From Dehalococcoidia bacterium (lineage in GTDB: Bacteria > Chloroflexota > Dehalococcoidia > SM23-28-2 > RBG-16-64-32): DNA of 64,000 bases. Below, one piece after another: positions 52,436 to 64,000 of the stretch (position 1 is the first letter of the stretch; the number at the start of each line of letters is the position of its first letter). Location of the stretch: the NCBI GenBank assembly GCA_035512435.1, contig DATKDX010000028.1, forward strand, positions 13,871 through 77,870, in the 5' to 3' direction. The position numbers were made by a program, and so were the translations under genes. The notes below the pieces were generated by a model, which was not told the DNA's origin, did not search any database, and saw only the letters and a list, made by a program, of their open reading frames with translations.

Positions 52436-52508
52436 GATTCAAGTATGGCGGATCGTCGGGGTTGGTGGCTAGATGATTTTGCCGACGTGATTATGCTAGT
52501 ATGCTAGT

Positions 52509-52748
52509 ATGAAGCGCACAACACTGAGCCTACCTGAAGAACTCATCGCCTTCCTGAAACGCGAGGCCCGCCGTCGCGATACCTCCGTGTCGCAGATTGC
52601 GAGAGAGGCAATCGAAGAGCGATTCACAAGGAAGCGCGGTGCGCGCAGATTGGGATTCATTGCGTTGGGTCGTAGCGGTTTCAAGACAACTGCGGCAGAC
52701 ATGGAAGAACTCATGATGCGGGAGTGGACACCTGATCGCGATCGTTGA
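52509..52748 (+). CDS. ribbon-helix-helix (CopG-like) antitoxin
   Basis: 79 aa (MKRTTLSLPEELIAFLKREARRRDTSVSQIAREAIEE), an RHH pattern. Confidence 0.65.
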   Translation: MKRTTLSLPEELIAFLKREARRRDTSVSQIAREAIEERFTRKRGARRLGFIALGRSGFKTTAADMEELMMREWTPDRDR

Positions 52749-53142
52749 TGCGGGTCCAATATTTGCCGCTGCTGACGTTGAAGACAAGGACCACCGCAGG
52801 TGCGCAGCCGTTTTCGACGACTTCAATCTTCAATTCGTTTTCCCGGCGCTAATCGTCGCCAAAGCTGCTTACTTCATCGCCACGCGACTTGGTGCCGCTG
52901 CCGAAGCCGCACTTCTGCGGACACTGAGCGATCAAGACGTTGAGCTTCCTGCCCCCGAGGATTGGGAGAAGATTGCACGCCTTGTCGAAAAGTACGCCGA
53001 TTTCCCACTCGGCGCGGCAGATGCATCCATAGTTGTACTCGCGGAGCGCCTCGGGACAGACCTTATCGTGACGCTGGACCGCCGCCACTTCGGCGCTTTA
53101 CGCACGGTCAGCGGCGGCACATTCCGGATCCTGCCCGACTAG
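52732..53142 (+). CDS. PIN-domain toxin (VapC-like), with no ATG/GTG/TTG anywhere in frame
   Basis: The frame is open from 52717 to TAG 53140-53142 and encodes LIAIVDAGPIFAAAD...DASIVVLAERLGTDLIVTLDRRHF (PIN acidic residues). The only plausible initiators are CTG 52732 or ATC 52735/52741. It is absent from the ORF track. Confidence 0.45.
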   Translation: MIAIVDAGPIFAAADVEDKDHRRCAAVFDDFNLQFVFPALIVAKAAYFIATRLGAAAEAALLRTLSDQDVELPAPEDWEKIARLVEKYADFPLGAADASIVVLAERLGTDLIVTLDRRHFGALRTVSGGTFRILPD

Positions 53143-54500
53143 AACAGGCTGTCGCCGGCGATCAGCCGCGCCACGTCGAAGTACGTGATTACCACCGCCA
53201 TCGTCAGGATCAGCACCAGTCCCACGAGGTGCACGATCGCCTCTTTCTCGGGAGCGATGCGTTTCCCTCGCCGCGCGATCTCGATTAGCACGAAGGTGAT
53301 GCGCCCACCGTCCAGCATCGGGAGCGGCAGCAGGTTGATGATGCCCAGGTTCAACGAGAGCAGCGCCGCCAGCTCCAGCAGCGGTTTCCACCCCGATTCC
53401 TTGACCACCTCACCCGTCGTCTGTGCGATGCCGACCGGGCCCGCGAAGTCCGGCCCGCCCCCGCCGTGGAACATCGCTTCGATCTGCTTCTGGAAGAGGA
53501 TCAGCGTGTCCCACGTCGCCTCCCAGCCCTTCGGGAACGACTCGAAGAAGCCGTGCTTCTCCGTCTCCGTGAAGCCGTACTGGTTACCGATGCCGATGCC
53601 GATCGGCCCCTGTTCGATGCTCAGGTTGGTGCCCGGCTCCAGGTAGTCCGGGTCGGGCAGGCCCGCCGCGTCGCGCACGGCGTCTCGCGAAACGTCCAGC
53701 CGGTTGGCGACAACCTCGACGCTATCGCCCCGGCGTACACGGTATTCGACAACGCCCTCGTCTGTCTCGATCAGGAGGACGTCGTCAACTTCAAGCGCGG
53801 TGTCGATCTCCGCCACTGCGCGTACTGTCCCCTCGGACACGGCCAGCAATTCGGCGACCGAGCGTACGTCGTCACCCTCCTGCACGGTGTATTCGATGGG
53901 CGGCGGGTTCCAGCGCGACTGCGCCTGTAGCGTTATCGTCTCGACTTCGCCGTCGTCGTTGGTGCGCCTAATCGTCAAGTTGACGCGCTCACCCTGGTTC
54001 AGACGGCTTTCGCGGATGGCCTCCAGGCTGTTCTTCACCTCGTAGCCGTTGATTGCTACGATTATGTCGCCTGGCTCAAGACCCGCCTGTTCCGCCGGCG
54101 ATTCCGGCGCCACGCCGGTAATCATCGCCGGGCCCGTCGGGACCTCCCGCGGCAGCATAAAGACCGCCGCGAATAGCAGGATCGGCAGCATCAGGTTGAG
54201 CACAGCGCCGGATCCCAGCACGATCAGCCGCTTCCAGGCAGCCGCTGCCGCCAGGCTTTGCGGGTCAGATGGGTCTTCTTCGCCCAGCAGGCGTACGAAG
54301 CCGCCCAGCGGGATCCAGTTCAGCGAATAAATCGTGCCGCGCCAGGTGAATCCCCACGCCCGCGGCGGATAGCCGATGCCCGCCTCCAGGACCTTGATAC
54401 CAAACATCTTGGCGGTCGCATAGTGGCCCGCCTCGTGGATGACAATAAGCGCCACCAACATCCCGACAAAAGGGAGAACGTAGTTAATCAGGATGTCCAA
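53139..54500 (-). CDS. rseP: RIP metalloprotease RseP (site-2 protease, M50) with PDZ domain and LysM-like insertions
   Basis: HEAGHY zinc motif, a PDZ domain (GLEPGDIIVAINGYEV), two LysM-like segments (YTVQEGDDVRSVAELLAVS...; YRVRRGDSVEVVANRLDVSRDAVRDAAGL...TNLSI), and C-terminal LDGG. Probable TTG start 54500 after a GGGAGAGGGG RBS. Confidence 0.85.
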   Translation of the reverse strand: MDILINYVLPFVGMLVALIVIHEAGHYATAKMFGIKVLEAGIGYPPRAWGFTWRGTIYSLNWIPLGGFVRLLGEEDPSDPQSLAAAAAWKRLIVLGSGAVLNLMLPILLFAAVFMLPREVPTGPAMITGVAPESPAEQAGLEPGDIIVAINGYEVKNSLEAIRESRLNQGERVNLTIRRTNDDGEVETITLQAQSRWNPPPIEYTVQEGDDVRSVAELLAVSEGTVRAVAEIDTALEVDDVLLIETDEGVVEYRVRRGDSVEVVANRLDVSRDAVRDAAGLPDPDYLEPGTNLSIEQGPIGIGIGNQYGFTETEKHGFFESFPKGWEATWDTLILFQKQIEAMFHGGGGPDFAGPVGIAQTTGEVVKESGWKPLLELAALLSLNLGIINLLPLPMLDGGRITFVLIEIARRGKRIAPEKEAIVHLVGLVLILTMAVVITYFDVARLIAGDSLF

Positions 54501-54659
54501 TGTGGCCCCTCTCCCGCGCCGTGCGCATGGGGGCATGGGAGCATGAGAACATCATCGATCGCGACGCTCTCAAGCTCTCTTGCTCTCATGCTGATTCCTT
54601 TCATTGTCTGTTCAACGCCTCATTAAGTACTACGTTTCGCTGACCGCCATAAGTCTCGT

Positions 54660-55811
54660 TTACGCCTTCGCCGCCACCCAGTCCTCCGCGAATGCGCGCG
54701 CCCGCTGGTCCGCCTCGATGACTTCTTCCAGCGACGGGTTCGCGATGTGGCTGTCCGCGCCGAGAGCGTCCTCGATCACGCGCGCGATGTCCTGGAACGC
54801 GATGCGGCCCGCCAAAAAGTGCTCGACGGCGACTTCATCAGCGGCGGCCAGCACTGCCGGCGCGGTTCCGCCTTTGCGGCCCGCTTCCAGCGTCAGCGCC
54901 AGGCACGGGTATCGTTTACGGGTCGGGATGCCGAATGTCAGGTTGCCTATCATCTTTAAGTCCAGGCGGGGCACGTCCCCGCGCACGCGCTCCGGGTAGG
55001 TGAGCGCGCACTGTATGGGTAGACGCATGTCGGGCACGCCCAGTTGCGCCTTCACGGAGCCATCCGTGAACTCCACCAGCGAATGCACAATGCTTTCGCG
55101 GTGCAAAACGACCTCTATCTGCTCGTAAGGCACCCCAAAAAGCCAGTGCGCCTCAATGCACTCGAGGCCCTTGTTTAGCAACGTCGCGCTATCGACCGTG
55201 ATCTTCTTGCCCATCTGCCAGTTCGGGTGGCGCAGCGCCTGGGCGGCGGTCACCCGCTCCAGCTCGTCATCATCCAGGTCGCGTAGCGCCCCGCCCGACG
55301 CCGTGATAATCAGCCGGTCGATCGACGCTTTCTTCTCGCCCCAGAGGCACTGCCAGATCGCGGAGTGCTCGGAGTCAACGGGCCTCAGCTCGGCGCCGTA
55401 GCGTTTGGCTTCGGCGGTCATGATGTGGCCTGCCATCACCAGCACTTCCTTGTTGGCGATGGCGATTGCCTTGCCGGCCCGCGCCGCCGCCAGCGATGGC
55501 CCCAGCCCCGCCGCGCCCACCGTCGCCACTACGACGACGTCGACGTCGGGGTGCGAGGCCATGTCTTCCATAGTCGCCCAACGCCCCTTCACGTCGCCGC
55601 CATTCAGACTGCTCTGCAGGTAATCTTCTTCCTGGCCGGTGCTGACCAGCCGAGGGCGGAACTCTCGCACCTGCGCCTCCAGCGCCGTCACATTGCGGCC
55701 CGCCGCCAGCGCAATCACGTTAAAGCGCTCCGGCAGGGAGCGGATCACCTCCAGCGTTTGCTGGCCAATGGAGCCCGTGGAGCCGAGTACGGCGATACCG
55801 ATGCGTTTCAT
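54660..55811 (-). CDS. dxr: 1-deoxy-D-xylulose 5-phosphate reductoisomerase
   Basis: MKRIGIAVLGSTGSIG NADPH motif and Dxr core motifs. ATG at 55811. Confidence 0.9.
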   Translation of the reverse strand: MKRIGIAVLGSTGSIGQQTLEVIRSLPERFNVIALAAGRNVTALEAQVREFRPRLVSTGQEEDYLQSSLNGGDVKGRWATMEDMASHPDVDVVVVATVGAAGLGPSLAAARAGKAIAIANKEVLVMAGHIMTAEAKRYGAELRPVDSEHSAIWQCLWGEKKASIDRLIITASGGALRDLDDDELERVTAAQALRHPNWQMGKKITVDSATLLNKGLECIEAHWLFGVPYEQIEVVLHRESIVHSLVEFTDGSVKAQLGVPDMRLPIQCALTYPERVRGDVPRLDLKMIGNLTFGIPTRKRYPCLALTLEAGRKGGTAPAVLAAADEVAVEHFLAGRIAFQDIARVIEDALGADSHIANPSLEEVIEADQRARAFAEDWVAAKA

Positions 55812-55857
55812 CTCAAGAAGGGGGCTGGGCGCGGCGGAGCGGGTGAAAGAGGGCCGG

Positions 55858-56673
55858 TCAAGCGACAACCCATACCGCAAAGTAGTATACCAGCGGCACC
55901 GTGAACAGAAGGGAGTCCAGGCGGTCCAGGATGCCGCCGTGGCCCGGCACCAGCTCGCTCGTGTCCTTCACGCCGGCACCGCGCTTGATGTGCGACTCCG
56001 CCAGGTCGCCGAGCACTGCCGCCGCCGGTAGCATCGCCCCGAGAAGCACCGCTTCCCCCAGCGACATCGGCAGGCCCAGCACTTCAGCGATCACCACCAC
56101 GCTCAGCAAGCCCCCGATCAACCCCGCGACCGTCCCCTCCACCGTTTTGCCGGGACTGATGCGCGGCGCGATCTTCGTCTTGCCGATCAGCCGGCCGACT
56201 GCGTAGGCGAACGTGTCCGTGGCCCACGTCGCCAGGATTGGCAAGAAGACCCACTTGCCGTCGTCGTCCAGGTCGCGCAAGACGACCAGGTGCGCGCCAA
56301 GGAAGCCAACGTAGGCAATCGCCGCCGCGACGCTCAGTTGTGCCGGTGAAAACCGCACCGGGACACGCAACGCCATCACTGCCACGAGCGCCGCCGCCAC
56401 GACGATCGCCAGCGGCCCTGTCGCCGAGTCGTGCGCCTCCGGAAGCAGGACGACGAGCGCAATGGCGCCTACCGGTGCGAGGAGTTGCCAGGGGAACGGC
56501 CGCCACGGCGGCCGCGGCTCGCCGCCCTCCGCCGCCACCATCGCGCAGAACTCCAACGAAGCGATAATGAGAATCAGCGCGACGACGGCATCATAGACGG
56601 GACCGCCCAGCAGGATCAGCCCGATGATGATGGGGATGCCGATGGCGGCAGTGGCGAGACGCTGCGCCAGCAC
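55858..56673 (-). CDS. cdsA: phosphatidate cytidylyltransferase
   Basis: C-terminal CTP-transferase signature (TWATDTFAYAVGRLIGKTK...SPGKTVEG...SHIKR...KDTS..PGHGG). Confidence 0.8.
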   Translation of the reverse strand: MLAQRLATAAIGIPIIIGLILLGGPVYDAVVALILIIASLEFCAMVAAEGGEPRPPWRPFPWQLLAPVGAIALVVLLPEAHDSATGPLAIVVAAALVAVMALRVPVRFSPAQLSVAAAIAYVGFLGAHLVVLRDLDDDGKWVFLPILATWATDTFAYAVGRLIGKTKIAPRISPGKTVEGTVAGLIGGLLSVVVIAEVLGLPMSLGEAVLLGAMLPAAAVLGDLAESHIKRGAGVKDTSELVPGHGGILDRLDSLLFTVPLVYYFAVWVVA

Positions 56674-56723
56674 GCGCTATGTCCCTTTGGGCCGGGATGT
56701 GGCGATATGTGGACCCGTCGCCA

Positions 56724-57281
56724 CTAGATCGTCAGGACCTCTTGTTCCTTCTCCTCGCCCAGCCTGTCGACCTCCGCGACGTGGCGGTCAGTCACCTTCT
56801 GCAGTTCCCCTTCCGAACGGTGCAGTTCGTCCTGCGAGATCTCGTGGTCATGCTCGATTTTGCGCAGGTGGTCGTGAACGTCACGGCGGACGTTGCGGAT
56901 TGCCACTCGGGCCTCCTCCGTCCTGGCCTTCACCTGCTTCGCCAAGTCCTTGCGCCGCTCCTCCGTCAACGGTGGAATGGCCAGCCGGATGACGTTGCCA
57001 TCGTTGGAGGGGTTGAGCCCGATGTCCGACTTCTGGATCGCCTTCTCAATCTCGCCCAGCGCCGCCTTATCGAACGGCTGGATCATGATCATCTTGGGGT
57101 CAGGTGTGCTGATCGTGGCCAGCTGGTTGAGCGGCGTCGGCGCGCCGTAGTAGCTCACTTTCAAATGCTCAACCAGGCCCGTGCTGGCGCGTCCTGTGCG
57201 GATCGTCGCCAGCTCGTGGCGCAGCGCATCCACCGCGCCGTTCATGCGTGCGTCCGCGCTGCTGATCTGTTCCTGCACCAT
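56724..57281 (-). CDS. frr: ribosome recycling factor
   Basis: 185 aa, RRF pattern throughout. Confidence 0.9.
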   Translation of the reverse strand: MVQEQISSADARMNGAVDALRHELATIRTGRASTGLVEHLKVSYYGAPTPLNQLATISTPDPKMIMIQPFDKAALGEIEKAIQKSDIGLNPSNDGNVIRLAIPPLTEERRKDLAKQVKARTEEARVAIRNVRRDVHDHLRKIEHDHEISQDELHRSEGELQKVTDRHVAEVDRLGEEKEQEVLTI

Positions 57282-57305
57282 CTGCCTGTCTCCTCCGCTA
57301 CGGTC

Positions 57306-58067
57306 TTATCTGCTGGTCGCCGGCGCTTCCGCCAACGTTGACTTGGCGTCACCGACCTTGGTGCCGATGCCGTCCCGCGCCGCTGCCCGCGAAATGCTGT
57401 CGGCGTCCGTCAGATTGAATACGACGATCGGCAACGAGTTTTCCATGCACAGCGTCAGCGCCGTGGCGTCCATCACCTGCAGACGAAGGTTCAGCGCATC
57501 CAGGTAAGAGATGGTCTCGAAGCGTCTGGCTTGCGGGTTCACTGCCGGATCGGCCTCGTAAACGCCATCGACGTTCTTCTTCGCCATCAGCAGCACGTCG
57601 GCGTCGATCTCCACCGCGCGCAGGGCGGCGGCCGTGTCCGTTGTCATGTAGGGGTTGCCGGTGCCCGCCGCGAAGACGACAACTCGGCCCTTCTCCAGGT
57701 GTCGCATCGCGCGCCGCCGGATGTACGGCTCTGCGACCGCCATAACGCTGATCGCCGACTGCGTGCGGACATCGATGCCGTTGCGCTCCAGCGCGTCCTG
57801 CAGGGCCAGCCCGTTGATGATCGTCGCCAGCATTCCGGCGTAATCGCCGGTGGCGCGGTCCATGCCCGCCGCCTCTGCGGTCGAGCCCCGGAAGAAGTTG
57901 CCTCCGCCCACGACAATAGCGATCTCCGAGCCTTGATCGATGATCTTCCGCACCTGCCCGGCGATGGTGTCCAGCATGAGCGTGTCGATGCCATAGGGAA
58001 GGTCGCCCTGCAGCGCCTCGCCGCTCAGCTTTAGGAGGATGCGTCTATAGGGAGGATCCTTCGTCAT
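57306..58067 (-). CDS. pyrH: UMP kinase
   Basis: [10 protein letters not shown]...VVGGGN motifs. ATG at 58067. Confidence 0.9.
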   Translation of the reverse strand: MTKDPPYRRILLKLSGEALQGDLPYGIDTLMLDTIAGQVRKIIDQGSEIAIVVGGGNFFRGSTAEAAGMDRATGDYAGMLATIINGLALQDALERNGIDVRTQSAISVMAVAEPYIRRRAMRHLEKGRVVVFAAGTGNPYMTTDTAAALRAVEIDADVLLMAKKNVDGVYEADPAVNPQARRFETISYLDALNLRLQVMDATALTLCMENSLPIVVFNLTDADSISRAAARDGIGTKVGDAKSTLAEAPATSR

Positions 58068-58233
58068 ACGGCAGAATTCCGTTCGCAGGCAGGAAATTGT
58101 GTCATTTCGCAGTCTACCCGCAGACCACCTCAGTCGCAACGTAAACGCGCCGACACACCTGGGTTCCCGGCGCTAACGGATAGCGGAAGTCCGTTTATCC
58201 GTTCCCAGCATCCGTTGACAGCAGGCGCAGGCC

Positions 58234-58740
58234 CTACTGCGAGCCCAGTTCGAAGCGGGCGAAGCGCTTGATGCGGATGTTCTCGCCCGTTTTGGCGATG
58301 GTCTCCTTGATCAGCTCTTCGATCGTCTTCGACTCGTCGCGCAGGAACGGCTGCAGCATCAGCACCGTCGCCTTCGGGTCGTCTTCGGTGTCAGCTGGCA
58401 TGTCGTCCTTGTTCAGGTACTTCGGCGTCGTGCCCGCCACCTGCAGAGCGACAGCGGCGACGAGGTCCTTGAAGTCGTCCGTGCGGGCCACGAAGTCGCT
58501 TTCACAGTTGACTTCGACGAGCGCGCCGACGCGGCCGTTGTGGTGAATGTACGACAGCACGAGGCCCTCGGCAGTCTCGCGGTCGGCTCGCTTGGTGGCG
58601 GCCGCGAAGCCGCGCTCGTTGAGGACTTCCTTGGCGCGCTTGAAGTCGCCTTTCGCTTCTTCCAGCGCCTTCTTGGTCTCCAGCATGCCGGCGCCGGTCT
58701 CTTCGCGCAGTTTCTTAACGTCGTCCAGGGAAATGGCCAT
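58234..58740 (-). CDS. tsf: translation elongation factor Ts (short form)
   Basis: N-terminal UBA-like (LREETGAGMLETKKAL), 168 aa. Confidence 0.8.
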   Translation of the reverse strand: MAISLDDVKKLREETGAGMLETKKALEEAKGDFKRAKEVLNERGFAAATKRADRETAEGLVLSYIHHNGRVGALVEVNCESDFVARTDDFKDLVAAVALQVAGTTPKYLNKDDMPADTEDDPKATVLMLQPFLRDESKTIEELIKETIAKTGENIRIKRFARFELGSQ

Positions 58741-58784
58741 GTTCGTATCGCTCCCGGTGTCTGATCTCTTGGTCGATGGGGCTT

Positions 58785-59915
<1,131 letters not shown>

Positions 59916-60006
59916 TAGATACTCCTGTTTTAACGTCCGGACGAATAGTATAACGGCGCGTCAGCCGCAGGCACAAGGCAACGGGGACCCACCCCAGCCC
60001 CGTACC

Positions 60007-63108
<3,102 letters not shown>

Positions 63109-63400
63109 CGCTCGTACCTCGCTCGTGGCCCGCGAAGGCCATCAAAAAACCCGTCCCACTGCTGGGACGGGCCTGTTGGCTCGCGGTACCACCCTGCTTC
63201 TCCGATGAATCGGAGCGCTTCGTTGCCAGCGCACGGCCGCCGTACGGCGGGTCATGTGCCTGCCTCTGCTAACGGGGGCTTCCGGCCTGGCTTACTGGGG
63301 CGATTCGCCCGTTCCGCCGGCGGCTCGGGAGGGATTTTCCGGCGACCGTTCCGCACCCCGCTTTCACCGTCCGGGGCTCGCTAGGCCGGGGTGGCTGCCG
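63109..63400 (-). promoter_or_regulatory. T-box riboswitch leader upstream of ileS
   Basis: On the minus strand, the conserved T-box sequence AGGGUGGUACCGCG (plus-strand rc at 63182-63194) lies about 20 nt upstream of an intrinsic terminator. The leader's 5' boundary is not determined. Confidence 0.65.
63131..63162 (-). terminator. intrinsic terminator of the T-box expression platform (CCCGUCCCA-GCAG-UGGGACGGG + UUUUUU)
   Basis: A 9-bp GC-rich stem followed by a U6 tract on the minus strand, immediately 5' of the ileS start. Confidence 0.6.
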
Positions 63401-63471
63401 TACTCGTCTCCGTCGTAGCCTTTACTGTCGTTTCGGTTGTGGACGTAGTGTACGTTCGCTTCGGAATCGCG

Positions 63472-63885
63472 TCAATCGATCCGCATAAAGCAGACGACAC
63501 GGCGGTCGTCCACCTTCTCCCAGCTGTCCTGCGTCGGCCCCAGCGTGTAGACGGTCTCAACCGGGCAGCCCTCGCCGATCATCCCCTGGATAGCGTCGTC
63601 GCCGGGATACTCATCGCCCTCAAGCTGCAAGCGCGCCACGACCTCAAGCGCCCCCGGCCCGCATTCGACATCGTCAACTGAATCCACCTCCGCCACGTCA
63701 AAGCCCGGCGATTCGATGCAGTCGCCCACTTCCAGCCCAGTGAGGCTATCGTCGAGGCTGACCCCGCAGCCAGCGAGTACGACGAGGACGAAGGCAGCGA
63801 GGGGCGAGGCGACTAGGCGCGACGCCGGTCGCGAAGGACCTCCGCGGCGTCTTCCGGCTCCTGCGCCCGTATCTGGGAGAAACAC
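63472..63885 (-). CDS. hypothetical lipoprotein
   Basis: Signal peptide with LAGCG lipobox and no recognisable domain. Its 5' region overlaps the small ORF below in another frame, so the start is uncertain. Confidence 0.4.
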   Translation of the reverse strand: MFLPDTGAGAGRRRGGPSRPASRLVASPLAAFVLVVLAGCGVSLDDSLTGLEVGDCIESPGFDVAEVDSVDDVECGPGALEVVARLQLEGDEYPGDDAIQGMIGEGCPVETVYTLGPTQDSWEKVDDRRVVCFMRID

Positions 63886-63971
63886 TCCGAACAGTATACG
63901 GGACGGTCACCCCGCGGCACGAAGGGCACCTCCGTTACCTCGCCGCAGCGGTCGCACGTGGCCGGGTGCAT
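63813..63971 (-). CDS. small CxxC...CxxC zinc-ribbon ORF (52 aa from ATG; frame stays open to the window edge)
   Basis: MHPATCDRCGEVTEVPFVPRGDRPVYCSECF... There is no in-frame stop between 63972 and 64000, so it may be the 3' end of a longer gene. Confidence 0.3.
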   Translation of the reverse strand: MHPATCDRCGEVTEVPFVPRGDRPVYCSECFSQIRAQEPEDAAEVLRDRRRA

Positions 63972-64000
63972 CTGGCGCGGGTTGCGCCCCCCGAAGCTGG

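Overview
High-GC (roughly mid-60s % by eye) bacterial chromosomal segment. It is densely coded, with about 60 genes, many of them overlapping at stop/start codons. The gene content (GlgE-type alpha-glucan pathway, PASTA and LysM domain fusions, lipoproteins with LAGC lipoboxes, T-box regulation of ileS) suggests a Chloroflexi/Thermomicrobia-like or actinobacterium-like organism; this is inference only.

Major blocks, by position:
- 1..1333: the 3' end of a CPA1-type cation/proton antiporter with RCK domains.
- 1330..13294: a co-directional minus-strand alpha-glucan operon (GH57 enzyme, glgB, malQ, a treS-maltokinase fusion, glgE).
- 13337..17209: putA and an orphan OmpR-type response regulator.
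- 17755..21337: a module of two translationally coupled ArsR-like winged-helix paralogs followed by two tandem CNNM/CorC divalent-cation transporter paralogs.
- 21369..26671: an M23 lipoprotein and an aapJQMP-like amino-acid ABC transporter whose binding-protein gene carries a 1-bp frameshift.
- 26704..30922: a GYD protein, dnaN (no dnaA nearby), hemL, a GNAT acetyltransferase and a HAD hydrolase.
- 30.9..33.9 kb: an accessory-looking patch containing an AT-rich junction, a secreted LPXTG-like protein, a 5'-truncated VirB4/TrbE-type conjugative ATPase remnant, a hypothetical gene and imperfect direct repeats.
- 33966..47968: housekeeping genes (fmdB, dtd, ribBA, yihY, an HTH-PASTA RodZ-like protein, DUF503, scpB, an MiaB-family methylthiotransferase, an aldo/keto reductase, glycerate kinase, a class B PBP, an MFS transporter).
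- 47.9..49.5 kb: a second small accessory patch (a vapBC toxin-antitoxin pair plus a CoA-transferase gene fragment).
- 49495..52435: an SDR, NTF2-like, HIT and ispG.
- 52509..53142: a second RHH/PIN toxin-antitoxin pair whose toxin has no canonical start codon.
- 53139..59915: the conserved rseP-dxr-cdsA-frr-pyrH-tsf-rpsB cluster. Here rseP carries LysM-like insertions and rpsB has a long Ala/Glu/Pro-rich tail.
- 60007..63400: ileS preceded by a T-box leader with an intrinsic terminator.

No rRNA, tRNA or CRISPR arrays were recognised. The most system-like candidates for new biology are the ArsR-pair/CNNM-pair module and the decayed conjugative-element patch. Neither is proven.
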